From Octopus sinensis (Eukaryota), in assembly GCF_006345805.1 (NCBI RefSeq), contig NC_043001.1, forward strand, positions 101,184,001 through 101,248,000: a DNA stretch of 64,000 nt. The letters run 5' to 3'. Below, in pieces: positions 1-11,694 of this stretch. The first letter of the stretch is position 1. Each line of letters opens with the position of its first letter. Both the position numbers and the translations under genes were made by a program. The notes under the pieces were generated by a model. It had not been told where the DNA came from. It saw only the letters and a list, made by a program, of their open reading frames with translations, and ran no database searches.

Positions 1-217
1 CCCACAAGGGGCTAAACATAGAGGGGACAAACAATGACAGACAAAGGGATTAAGTCAATTACATCGACCCCGGTGCATAACTGGTATATAATTTATCGAC
101 CCCGAAAGGATGAAAGGCAAAGTCGACCTCGACGGAATTTGAACTCAGAACGTAGCAGCAGACGAAAAACCGCTAAGCATTTCGCCCGGCATGCTAGTGT
201 TTCTGCCAGCTTACCGC
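1..217 (-). mobile_element. SINE family S1 (tRNA-like head, central GCCTTTCATCCTTTCGGGGTCGATAAATT domain)
   Basis: The reverse complement reads GCGGTAAGCTGGCAGAAAC...GTTCTGAGTTCAAATTCCGTCGAGGTCGACTTTGCCTTTCATCCTTTCGGGGTCGATAAATT. It has A/B-box-like motifs and about 10 further copies in the window. The central domain resembles the MetaSINE domain as I recall it. Confidence 0.85.
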
Positions 218-879
218 TGATTGCAGTCTTAGGACCTCAACCATGCTGGAGCACTTTTACAGTTTATTTCCGACCAGGTTTGTTTTCACTTGAGTTTGTA
301 GCGGCTGGTCTTCCTGGTTGGCTGGTCTGGTATTGTCATTAGGGGTTTATCCAATGCCTTTTATTTTTGTTAATGTTTCAGTATATCTCCTTTTTATATT
401 TCTGATTTCTTTAGGTAGGCATTTGAATTCAACATAATCAACCCAAGTAATAACTGGTATTATTTTTACTGTACCTGAAAAAAGAAGAAAAAATAAAGAA
501 AACAAAAGTTTAACACAGAAGATGTGAATCCTGAATTAAAGAGTAAATATTTTATAAGCTTGAAAAGTTGATCTACAACGTTTCCATTGACATAAATTAG
601 ACGAGAAATGAGTCCAAACCTGATTTGCTCTACAAACACTGCTTCGCAAACAAAATGCTTTCTAGTGTTCACCAATAATTTCATGGATTATGTAACATTT
701 CCATAGTTTAACCTCAGATTCCAAATATGTTCTTCCACCTAGATTAGTTGTACATGATATTTCGAGGATATTTCCTTTCCAAATGTATTGAATTGATCAA
801 TAATTAATCACACTTATATGAGCTTATATGTAATTCTGTTTGTCAGTGTATCCCAGCTCTTTGGAGTTTTTCACCTAGA

Positions 880-1221
880 AAGAAAATATATTCATATATT
901 CATGCATACACACATATGTGTATATATACATGTGTGTGTGTGTGTGTGTATGTGATTTATATGTATGTTTATATACATATACATATGTATAAATATCTCT
1001 CACTCTATATACATATGAATGCATAGATACTATACATATATATGTGTGTATGTGTATGTACATATACATATATATATATATATAAATATATATATATATA
1101 GAGAGAGAGAGAAAGAAAGAAAGAGAAAGAGAGAAAGAAAGAGAGAAAAAGAGAGAGAGATAAGCCTATAGTATGTATGTGTTCATATGTATCTAAATTT
1201 ATATATCTACACACTCACACA

Positions 1222-1260
<39 letters not shown>
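880..1260. repeat. Compound (TA)n/(CA)n/(GA)n microsatellite
   Basis: Directly visible dinucleotide runs. Confidence 0.95.
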
Positions 1261-1261
<1 letters not shown>

Positions 1262-1510
1262 CACAAACACACATTAGGGCAAATTTGAAGCAAATACATT
1301 AAGAAAATAATGATGGACACAAATGTACATTTCTACTTGAATACAAAAACGGTTAAAATACAAATATACACTTTAATATATTCATATTCACATAAAGCAA
1401 TTATGTGCAATCATTTGCAAGGCAAAGAAACAAAATAAAGAAAACCATGCACACACAAATGTATATGTGTATATATGTAAATGTGTCCATACGTATCATG
1501 TTTATATATA

Positions 1511-1562
<52 letters not shown>

Positions 1563-1865
1563 TATATATATATATTATGTATGTATGTATGTATGTATGT
1601 ATGTATGTAGACTTTGTAGAACAAACAGGAAAACTAGAACTCTACACATGAATATATATATATAGATTGTTATCTTATGGTAAAATTGAGTCAAGGGCTG
1701 AGAGTTTGGGCTCTTCAATATTTTTTTTAACTTTCTGTCCATTAAAAAAAATATAATAAATTTTATGTGTGTGTGTGTGTTTATCTGTATTATCACAGCT
1801 GTCTGATGAACTGTCATGCAAAACTCTGAGTAATATTTTGTATATATATATATATTATATATATA

Positions 1866-1900
<35 letters not shown>

Positions 1901-2124
1901 ACTGTAAAATAATATGTCATAATAATATATATTCTCTGATTTGAAGTGACAATTTTTGAATACAAGCAAATGATAGAAAAATGATGAGCTAACCATAGCC
2001 AAAATCGAAACCATAAATCCTCACTAACACGGCTCCTTGCATATCCAACTGGGACAAATGCTCACCCATCAATTTCAGCCAAATTTAATGAATCTGTCTA
2101 ATACTACATATAATATTTGTGAGC

Positions 2125-2255
2125 AAGCCAGTTTCCCATGCTGGCATGGGTTGGACGGTTGGACAGTTGGACTGGAAGTTGGTAAGCTGGGGAGCTGCTC
2201 TAGGTTCCAGTCTGATTTGGCATGGTTTTTACAGCTGGATGCTATGCCAACTCAT
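2125..2255 (-). mobile_element. SINE-like family S3 (RTE-like 3' end, (GAT)n tail), partial
   Basis: CCATGCTGGCATGGGTTGGACGG...TTTTACAGCTGGATGC matches the other S3 copies. Confidence 0.75.
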
Positions 2256-2299
2256 ATTGGAACCTTGCAGATGTGGCTGCATAATAAGAAATTTGCTTC

Positions 2300-2638
2300 C
2301 TCGCATCATGGTTTGGGGTTCAGTGCCATTGTGTGGCACATTGAGCAAGTGTCTTCTACAATAGATGATCAAAATTTTGTGAGGGGATTTGGTAGAGAGA
2401 AACTGTATGTGTCTTTGTGTCACTGCTTATCCTCCTCCACCACCACTTCACAATCGGTATTGGTGTGTTTATGTCCTCGTATCTTAGTGGTTCAGCAAGA
2501 GAGGCCCATGGAATAAGTACCTGGATGGAAAAGAAAAATTTAAATAAGTTCTGGGGAAGTTCCTTCAACTAAATTTCTTCATGGCTGTGCTCCAGCAAGG
2601 CCACAATTGAATGACCGAAACAAGTAAAAGATAAAAGA
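2300..2638 (+). mobile_element. SINE family S2, degenerate
   Basis: GGGTTCAGTGCCATTGTGTGGCACATTGAGCAAGTGTCTTCTAC head/core and GCTCCAGCAAGGCCAC...GAAACAAGTAAAAG tail match the copy at 20308-20713. Confidence 0.75.
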
Positions 2639-3049
2639 TGTATATACATATATATATATCTGTCTGTATGTATATATAACTGATAATGGAGAGGAGAGTT
2701 GAACTTTATTCACACCCAGAACTTTTTTTTATTAAAAATTCTTCTACAGAATATATAACATTGACCTACATACGTTTCTACTGCAGCGACTGCACATTGC
2801 TCTGTTTGCAGTTAGGCATCCTAGTTGCTGCAATTTCATCAAAAGTCTATTCATCATGGCATTTTCAAAGGGAAGCGATTCAAACAAGCTTCCTGTGTTG
2901 GTATTCTGTCAAAGCTGATGGCGTTACTTTTTCAATCCAATGGAATTCTGGTCTTATAATCAGCTCTACTCGGATTACAATTGAAGCTTGGTTTTAAGAT
3001 GTTTATCCCTTTTATGTTCTCTCTCCCTCTCTCTCTCTCTGTATCTATG

Positions 3050-3135
<86 letters not shown>

Positions 3136-3196
3136 CATTCTGTATCTTGATATTCTTTCTGAACCAAAGTTTAAATTTTAAATTTCAAGCTTTTAT

Positions 3197-3277
3197 TTCG
3201 CCTGAAGAAAACTGTTTTTCCATGATGTAATCAGTTTATTCATCAGTAAAAAACACATCTGAAACAGCTGTAGTGAA
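3197..3277 (+). ncRNA. Type I hammerhead ribozyme motif, family A (left arm)
   Basis: UUCGC-CUGAAGA-[52 nt]-GAAAC-AGCU-GUA-GUGAA. All core nucleotides are present, helix I has 5 bp (one G.U), and helix III is closed by the palindromic loop AGCU. Confidence 0.7.
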
Positions 3278-3335
3278 CCTCGACCCATTTGTGTTCTGTC
3301 TTTCTCTTTCTGTATGTGTGTATATATATATATAC

Positions 3336-3367
<32 letters not shown>

Positions 3368-3422
3368 TATATATATATATACACATACAGAAAGAGAGAG
3401 ACAGAACAGAAATGGGTCGAGG

Positions 3423-3503
3423 TTCACTACAGCTGTTTCAGATGTGTTTTTTACTGACGAATAAACTGATTACATCATGGAAAAACAGTTTTCTTCAGGT
3501 GAA
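3423..3503 (-). ncRNA. Type I hammerhead ribozyme motif, family A (right arm)
   Basis: UUCAC-CUGAAGA-[52 nt]-GAAAC-AGCU-GUA-GUGAA, with a perfect 5-bp helix I. Confidence 0.72.
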
Positions 3504-4214
3504 ATAAAAGCTTGAAATTTAAAATTTAAACTTTGGTTCAGAAAGAATATCAAGGTACAGAATGTGTTTGTCGACCATCTCATTTTGGCAAACAAGAGAG
3601 GGAAGCTGTACTGAAGAATAGCAAAATATCATATGAGCGAGGGTCATAAACCCATCAACAGAGAAAGCCACACTTAGATAATAAGTCATATGGTATGCGC
3701 CTGGTAGCTTACCAGTGAAGCTCATTCATTTTCACAGTGTTTGTTGGCAATTTGATTAATGAGAGAAACGAAAGATGGAAGATATGAGAATGTTTGTTGA
3801 TCACTACAATTATTTTGTTCCATCTAGCATCTACCCCTCAAGGTGGGGGATACCTAACATCTGGTTAAGGAGTATCTGTCAGTGTAGATGTGTTACTTCA
3901 GGTGATACTGAAATAATGACTGTTTCGCAAGATATCTCCTTGATTTGTGGATAGAAAAGCAGCCAGTTAAGGAATACAGCTTCATTAGTATAGAAGATCA
4001 ATAAAAGTCCGATGTGAAAAGGAATGGATACACTATACAGCAAAAAGGTTATTAAATATGACTGTAAACTGATATGGATGTATAAACACCCTCGCTTAGG
4101 TTGTATTGCACAAGTACACTCAATGATAGAAACATCCCCAAATTCACAAAGGTATAAGCATCCACACACACGTGGTTTGGTGCACATATGCTCACACAGC
4201 AAATTAAAGAGCTG

Positions 4215-4334
4215 TTTGGTCCTCCATGCTGGCCTGGGATGGACAGCCTGACTGGAGCTGGTGAGTTTGACAGATGCACAAGGTTCCATGATCTGCTTTG
4301 ACTTGTTTTCTACAGTTGGATGTCCTTCCTAATG

Positions 4335-4340
<6 letters not shown>
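4215..4340 (-). mobile_element. S3 element, partial
   Basis: CCATGCTGGCCTGGGATGGACAG...TTTCTACAGTTGGATGTCCTTCCTAATGCCAA. Confidence 0.7.
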
Positions 4341-4387
<47 letters not shown>

Positions 4388-4659
4388 GTGTGTGTGTGTG
4401 CATATGTGCGGGTGTATATGGATTGATGTAAACTCATATAAAAAAACCTGAAGAGCTGTTGGTCACTGGTCATCTCTACTCTCTGCTGCTTCTTTGGATT
4501 TTGAGTTGAATGTAATGAAAAGTGGGTTCGATTCTGTGGAACATTTTTTCACATAAAAAAAAAATCAAACACAAGAAATGTTTTGACCCTTGGAATGTTT
4601 GTATTGACTCAGGAAGTGGTCTTAGTCAGTCACGAGTTGGCTTCCAACATCTATACATA

Positions 4660-4730
4660 GATACACATACATGTGTGTATAGGTGTGTGTGTATATATAT
4701 ATATATATACAAATATATATATATATATAT

Positions 4731-4789
<59 letters not shown>

Positions 4790-4798
4790 TATACATAC

Positions 4799-4830
<32 letters not shown>

Positions 4831-4859
4831 CATATATATACATACATACATACATATAT

Positions 4860-4919
<60 letters not shown>

Positions 4920-4950
4920 CATATTTTTGTATATATGTACACACACATAT
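4660..4950. repeat. Long (TA)n/(CATA)n microsatellite
   Basis: Visible run; the YI-rich ORFs here are artefacts of it. Confidence 0.95.
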
Positions 4951-5465
4951 TGTCAATTTTCTGATAATTTTCAGATCTTTCTTCATAATTAGTTTAAATG
5001 CCATCAACTAATTCAGGCGATATTAATCTGGTGGTTGACTGCTTAAGAGCTTTCTCTCTGGGACACTTCAGCATAGACATCGAACCACATAGGATGACTA
5101 AATGTTAATAATTAAAGTTTTTCACAAATTGTTTTCAAATTCCATTCTAGTTTTTTCTTATTTATATTTATATATGTGTGTTTGTGTTTTATTTTTAAAA
5201 TCTTTATTGTCTTTTTTTCTTTCAGTTCTGCAGTTTCTCATTTATATTGTAAATTTTGTAACATAGACTTGGTTGTAAAATGTCAGTTCCTTTGTCTGTA
5301 ATTTCCCTTGGAGATAGCTCTGATCTTTGGGGATTGACATCATATCAGCTTTAATAATCACCTTGAAAGGGCACTTTTTTTGTAATCTTCTTGTGTAGAT
5401 GTGTCTCTCTGCTTGTGAGCATGTGTGTGTGTGTGCATGCATCTGTGTGCATATGTGTGTGTATG

Positions 5466-5499
<34 letters not shown>

Positions 5500-5882
5500 T
5501 GTATGTATACACACACACATACACATCTGTATAATGTTACATTGATTCAAACATACACATTTACATTCGCACATGCATACATAGTAGTATTGATAGTTAG
5601 AATGATTACAATAATGCACAGATAGAAATAACCCAGAATGTGCTTGTTATGACATCATTTGATCTTGTTTTTCAAATACTTCATCTGCTTAAAATATTGA
5701 GATCAAATCCACTTGACTATTTGGGCACAGGGTGTACTCCTTGAGATTTTATTTCACAAATTTTAATCTTATCTCCACATACCAAAGTATTTCCTGTTAG
5801 AACAAAGTGGTTTGCTAAAATTTCACTGTTGTCAACATGTGCCCTCCTCAAATTGCTGGCCTTTGCTAAAATTTGAAATCAT

Positions 5883-6000
5883 TCTTCTTCTTCTTCTTCT
5901 TCTTCTTCTTCTTCTTCTTCTTCTTCTTCTTCTTCTTCTTCTTCTTCCTCCTCCTCCTCCTCCTACTCTTCCTCCTCCTCTTCCTCCTCCTCCTCCTCAT
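5883..6000. repeat. (CTT)n/(CCT)n microsatellite
   Basis: Visible run. Confidence 0.95.
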
Positions 6001-6004
6001 TATT

Positions 6005-6215
6005 GAGTGCGAGAGTTTCAATGAGATTGAGCCCAGCATACTGATCGCCACTGGTATCACTTTTACATTACCCTCTCACATTCCACACAGTCATGCCATT
6101 TCCACTTTCAACTCGGAGTACTTGGTGATTTTTTCAACCTCTTTACTTACAACATTCATGTCATTTGTTATGGCTACATCAGTGATTTGACAGTATTTGT
6201 CTCTCTTATTCGATA
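6005..6215 (-). pseudogene. Restriction-like endonuclease (REL) fragment of an R4/Dong-type non-LTR retrotransposon
   Basis: Translates as KRDKYCQITDVAITNDMNVVSKEVEKITKYSELKVEMA*LCGM*EGNVKVIPVAISMLGSI, matching the REL pattern IIDVAIP..KE.EKI.KY..L..E...VKVIPVVIGALG, with stops. Confidence 0.8.
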
Positions 6216-6274
6216 TGACAATTACTATTATTAACAAGAAAACAAAGGGTTGAAGGCACGTCTTACTGGTTAGG

Positions 6275-6570
6275 GTACTCGGTTCACACATATAAGGTTA
6301 TGAGTTTGATTCCTGGCAGTGCACTTCGTCCTTGAGCAAGACACTTGATTTCAAATTGCTTCAGTCAACTCAGCTGGCAAAAATAAGTTGTATCTGTAAT
6401 TCACCGAATGGGACAAGGCCAGCCTTGTTCCACTCTGTGACATGCAGAATCTCCCTGAGAACTTCATTAAAGGTATGTGTGTCTGTGGAATACTCATCCA
6501 CTTGTATGTTAATTCTATGAGCAGGTTGTTTCATTGATCGAATCAGCTGGGATATCATTGATATAATCAC
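6275..6570 (+). mobile_element. SINE family S4 (tRNA head, CORE-like GTCCTTGAGCAAGACACTT domain)
   Basis: GAGTTTGATTCC B-box-like motif and a body shared with 7410, 16925, 22075 and 53812. Confidence 0.8.
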
Positions 6571-7409
6571 TACAGAACCAGTTTTGTTAATTAAACAAGG
6601 AACCTAGTCTTACCTGCTCATGATTAGCAACAACAACAATAATAATAATGAGCCCCAAACTATAAAATATCAGGTTGGTCCTTTGTAGAATTGGGCCTAC
6701 CATATGGTTGGGGAGGGTTTTTGAACCTTGGCTGGTAGCTCGTTAGAGACAGCGTCATGATGAAAACAATAATAGCTGTCTGCTCTTATTACCATTGACA
6801 TTAAAAGGAAGAACAGTTTTAATACAGAAAGATAAAAAGAGAAAGTAAGTAATTATCAACTAATTACAAGTTAATTATTGCTTTGAAAATTGCTGACTGA
6901 TCTCATAGCAGATGATCTGTATGGCTTTCTGAAGAAGAAGAAGCCAAAGAGTAAAAGAGATGCAGAAAAATTTCAAGGGGAACTAGTGATCCATTATATA
7001 GGGCTAGCACAATCCTTATTGAGGGATACATACGAAAGAAGGACTCAGCCATTGGTTGGATAAAGAATGAAGAAGAAACTTAAGGTAATGTAGTACACTA
7101 GTGGGTTTTAGAATGCCTGAGGAGGACTCCTGGAGTCCATGAGAAAAGGAAGATAGTTTTAGAATAAGCAATGAGATTGTTGGTAGAAGAATACAACGCA
7201 GAACGGAATCAACAGGAAATATGAAAATAAGGAGATAGATACTCTCTCTCTCTCTCTCGCCATCTCTCTCGCCATCTCTCTCGCCATCTCTCTCCCTCTC
7301 CCTCCCTTACTTTTTGTGATGGTATTGAATCTTTTGATAAGCAAACTAAGAATATACAGACTTTCTTATAAGCATGCGAAGAACAAAGTGAAAATAAATC
7401 ATTGGTTAT

Positions 7410-7600
7410 ATATCATCGTGGTACTCCGTCGGTTACGACGACGAGGGTTCCAGTTGATCCGATCAATGGAACAGCCTGCTCGGGAAATTAACGTGCATGT
7501 GGCTGAGCACTCCACAGACATGTGTACCCTGTACGTAGCTCTTGGGGAGATTCTGCGTGACACAGAGTGTGACAAGGCTGGTCCTTTGAAATACAGGTAC
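7410..7600 (-). mobile_element. S4 SINE, 3' part
   Basis: GTGGTACTCCGTCGGTTACGACGACGAGGGTTCCAGTTGATCCGATCAATGGAACAGCCTGCTCG is the reverse complement of the S4 tail. Confidence 0.8.
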
Positions 7601-7619
7601 AACAGAAACAGGAAGAAAG

Positions 7620-7790
7620 AGTGAGAGAAAGTTGTGATGAAAGAGTACAGCAGGGTTCACCACCACACCCCCAGCAGGACCCTCGTGGAGCTTTAGGTGT
7701 TTTTGCTCAATAAACACTCACAGCGCCTGGTGTGGGAATCAAAACCACAATCCTGTGACTGTGAGTCTGCTACCCTAACCACTGTGCCTC
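7620..7790 (-). mobile_element. tRNA-headed SINE family S5
   Basis: The reverse complement begins GGCACAGTGGTTAGGGTAGCAGACTCACAGTCACAGGATTGTGGTTTTGATTCCCAC, a tRNA-like head. Confidence 0.65.
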
Positions 7791-7949
7791 CACATTAGTA
7801 GATGAACTCAAACTATATACCCAAAATTCCCTGATCAAAAATATTGGTTTCAAATTTTGGCACAATGCCAGCAATTTTGATGTAGGAGTAAGTCGATTAT
7901 TAGAACACAGAAAAAGATTAGGATTAAAAGATTAAAGTACCCAGGGTTG

Positions 7950-8350
7950 CTGCAAAACTGCAGAATGATAAGACAATGGAAAAGTAAATGAGAATGAAAG
8001 TCTCCAAAATAAGAAGGTAATGGGTTAAGAAGGTGTCTAAAGAAAAATTAACCAGAGATAATGTCACAGGTGAGCTGCTCCACTTTTTTCTTAAATGGAC
8101 AAACACAGAGCTACAAGATCACAAAGTACCAAAAGCACAAGTTTAGCAGGGCTGGACATGTAACAAAGCGTACAGACTACAAGTGGACTCGCACAGTTGC
8201 CAAGAGATCAGAAAAGGCCACTAGAAAGGCCTCCATGATGATGGGAACATAATTTAGTTGAGCAATTTGGGTCAAGATGCAAAGGAATGGCACATGCAAG
8301 ACAGAACTGGAAATGCATTGTGACCAGCGATGTATAACAGCATCTGATGA
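7950..8350 (+). pseudogene. RTE-clade LINE 3' end, degenerate
   Basis: KITKYQKHKFSRAGHVTKRTDYKWTRTVAK resembles the RTE C-terminal W.GHV.R..D.RWT motif. Confidence 0.65.
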
Positions 8351-8799
8351 TCTGGTCGATACTGTGATTTTACAAATTATGTTTGATAGCAGTCTAATGC
8401 ACTAATTAGTAGGTGTTTTTTTTTATTTTGAGATATTTGGTGTTGAAAACGTCTTCAGAGGAATCTCTTTTCATTTTAGCAATAATTTTACCAGTTCACC
8501 CGACCATCACCTACATTGATACTTTATTCATCAACTCTCGAAGAATAAAGGGTAAATTTGATCCATTTTATTGTATAATCATGGAGATACTATCTGAAAA
8601 AATTACAAGGTAGATATGACTGCAATGGCTATTAAGTCCGCCCACTTAGCACTGACCAGTGGCTACAGAACAATTGAGTTTGACTTCATCTGATAATAAC
8701 AGTGCAACTGGTCAAGGTAGCTATTTTCCTTGATTCAGTCAGCATTACATAACCAACAGAATTACAAACCAATATACTTCACGTTTCCATAGTAATTTT

Positions 8800-9640
8800 C
8801 CGAATTAACAGATCATTTGTTTAAAACCAACGAGTAATTTTCTAAAGTAAAAGATATATTTTTAAAGCTAACATAGCAGTTTTTAAAAACTAGTCAGTAT
8901 TTAAATTAACAAATCTTTTTTTGAAATAACATATCGTTTTTTTTTTTTGTTAACTAACATGTTTCTTAAACTAATGGGTCAAATTTTAAATCAACAGATT
9001 GTTTTAAATCTAGCACATAATTTTCTTAATTTAGAGAAAATCTATTCATTAATAAAAAGCAATCTATTAATGTACTTCCTTTGCTAATGCATTTTTTCAG
9101 TCGATGATTTTACAAGCTGACACACCATTTTAACTTACATAACTAACCATTTTTAAAAAAAATTAACCAGTAATTTTTTTAATAGATCATTTTTTAAACT
9201 AACATTTTTTAAAACTAACATAATTTTTTCAAACTGACATATTTCTTCATCTACTGGATCAATATTTTAATTAACAAATCATTTTGCAAATTAGCATATC
9301 ATTTTGTAAAGTAACCTATTTCTTAAATCAACAGAACAATCTTTAAGCCAACAGATTATTTTTATGCTAAAAATATTTTCTTAACTAAAAGATAATTTTT
9401 TAAGCATGGTTCTTGAAGCAGCAGAGGACGTTTTAATGTTAAGAAATAATTCTTAAAGAAACTTATTTTTAAAATTAATAATTAGATTTTAAATTAATAT
9501 ATCAAAAATTTTAAATTAAAATATATTTTCTTGAACCAACAGATTTTTTTTTTACAGTAGCAGAACATTTTTTTCAAACTATGAGATCATTTTTCAAAAT
9601 AGCAGAACTAATTTTAAACAGTATGATCATTTTGTCAGGA
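8800..9640. repeat. Degenerate ~20-bp tandem array (about AAATTAACAGATCATTTTTT)
   Basis: Variants of taacagatcatttt, taacatataatttt and caacagattatttt recur at roughly 20-22 bp spacing. Confidence 0.6.
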
Positions 9641-10009
9641 ATATCAGAGACAGACAATAGAAAATTACATTTTCCCCATCCTGCATGGAAAAATAAAGTA
9701 TAGTGATTGAAACGTAGATATAACATTGTTGAAAAAAATGTTTAGTGAACAATTTAGTGAAAGGACCAATTACATAGAAACTGATGCTTAGTTAAATTAG
9801 CAAGATGAGAAAATTGTTCGTGATGTACTCTGGGTGTTTTCTTGTTTTTATGTTGTTTTTCTCTTTTTTTCCTTTTTTAAATAAAAACTGACATTTAAAT
9901 TAGCTAATTCTCTGTGAAGCTGTCATGTAACTCATTAGTTATTATTAACAATGCAAAAGTCTTATTTGGTGATCACAATTGACAGCAAATGAACATTTCT
10001 GCCATTTTA

Positions 10010-10470
10010 GTTAAATACCATCACAACCATCACAACCGTATTCACCATCCCAATTTCTTTCATCATAGCTATCATCATCATCATTATTATCCCTATACTT
10101 ATCATCATTACACTAATCATCATCATCATCATCATCATCATCATAATCTTAATAATTAGCATCATCATCATCATCATCAAAAACCTTCATTATCATCTTT
10201 ATTGTTATCCACTTTCTATTCTTCCTCTTCGTCAGCATCAGAGTTAACACCTTGCATTCTCTGCATTGTCATCGTAATTATCATCATAAATCATCCTCGC
10301 TATCATCATCATCATCATCATCATCATTACCATCGTTATCATCATCATCATCATCATCATCAACATCGTTGTTGTCATCGTATTTGTCATTGTCGTCATC
10401 CTCCCCCTCCCCCTCATCATCATCTTCTTTGTCCTCTCTATCATCATCAGCAGCAGCAGCATTCTTATTT
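10010..10470. repeat. (CAT)n-rich microsatellite region
   Basis: Visible run; explains the poly-His/Ser/Asp ORFs. Confidence 0.9.
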
Positions 10471-10699
10471 CCATCGACATCTGTAGTGGAATCAGCTTCC
10501 CAGCAGTATTTATACACTGATGTATTAGATTAATAGTTAAAGTTGATGGAACCATTAGTGAACGGCGGATGGGGGGTTGATAAAGATCCACTGTGGTCTG
10601 CTATAGACACACCTTCTTCGTCCAAGTTGACTTTGTGGTCAGACAAATGAAAGAAATCTCTTTCATTGAAATAACAAGTCATTGCAGACAGTGGAACAA

Positions 10700-11128
10700 A
10701 TTTAGGTACTTTCTGGTTATCTCACCCCCATTAAAGAATTGCCATTAAAAAACTGGGTTATCTCCCCACTAAAAAATTGAGTTTATGTGGCGACAAGAGA
10801 TTGGATTAAAAGAGTTAGAGATCCTTTTGATTCAATAATTCAACACATTGTTGGCGTTTGGCCACCTAAATAAGCATGGTATGATTTGTTATAAAAATGT
10901 TATTACATTCAACAAGATATTCAATTTTTTCCATTTTCGCGTTTATTAATTTTTTCAGTTTTGTATGATTTGTTATAAAAATATTATCAACTTCAATAAG
11001 ATGTTTAATCTTTTTGCTTTCCATGTTTATTTATTTTTTGTTTGTTTTATTGAGGGTTAAACATTTTTTTGTTGGTGAAGATAACCCAGTTTTTTAATGG
11101 GGGTGAGATAACAAAAAAATACCCAAAT
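10700..11128. mobile_element. MITE-like non-autonomous DNA transposon
   Basis: Terminal inverted repeats of about 60 bp (ATTTAGGTACTTTCTGGTTATCTCACCCCCATTAAA...AAACTGGGTTATCT against its reverse complement ending TACCCAAAT). Two internal ~80-bp direct repeats start GTATGATTTGTTATAAAAAT. Confidence 0.75.
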
Positions 11129-11260
11129 ATATATATATATTTTTTACTTCCAAATTGAGAAAAATATGATATTCATAAAAAGTCAGAAGTGTATTAATAT
11201 CATTAGTTGATGGAACCATTTGTGTATAACAAAAAAAATGCTTAACTTTCTTCCTCTTTA

Positions 11261-11405
11261 AGTCCTGGGTTCAAATTTTACCAAGGTTGACTTTGCTGTT
11301 CATTCTTTTGGGATTGATAAAATAAGCACCACGTGAACACTGGGGTCAATGTAATCATCTTACCCCCTCCATTAAACTGTTGGTCCCATTCCAAAATTTG
11401 AAATC
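11261..11405 (+). mobile_element. S1 SINE, 5'-truncated
   Basis: GGGTTCAAATTTTACCAAGGTTGACTTTGCTGTTCATTCTTTTGGGATTGATAAAATAAG. Confidence 0.75.
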
Positions 11406-11469
11406 ATTATTATTATCATTATTATTATTATCCAACTTGACTCGGGTTTGGTCTAATTCCTGGTAAAAT

Positions 11470-11620
11470 TTACAGACATTCTCCTCATAGTCCACATTCT
11501 TGCAATTTCATCTTTTAGTATTCTGTACTTTTCAATCTTTTCTAGTTCTTTGTCACTTATACATTCATCTCCAGGTTTTGCAATATCTATGATCTTGGTT
11601 TACCACAACAATATCTGATA
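11470..11620 (-). pseudogene. REL endonuclease fragment of an R4/Dong-type retrotransposon
   Basis: TKIIDIAKPGDECISDKELEKIEKYRILKDEIARMWTMRRMSV. Confidence 0.8.
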
Positions 11621-11694
11621 ATATTTAATCAAAAAAATATTATGGGAGCTTTTAGATATTGAATGGCTATGATGATTCCACCACTATGAGTAAA

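Larger units (their letters stand above)
3135..3565. repeat. Long inverted repeat: two 185-bp arms (3135-3319, 3381-3565) around a TA/CA microsatellite; PLE terminal-repeat-like
   Basis: The arms are reverse complements with about 5 substitutions by eye. Each arm carries a hammerhead motif. Confidence 0.92.

Noticed and set aside
1797-1835. CUGAUGA...AAAAC-UCUGA-GUA just upstream of (TA)n
   Set aside because: G12 is missing, there is no convincing helix II and helix I is only 3 bp. It may be a decayed hammerhead but cannot be supported.
2767-2900. Minus-strand open frame NTNTGSLFESLPFENAMMNRLLMKLQQLGCL between AG and GT
   Set aside because: No recognisable homology and only moderate splice sites
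3454-3485. CUGACGA...GAAA on + inside the right arm of the foldback
   Set aside because: No helix II closing pair and no helix III or UH triplet
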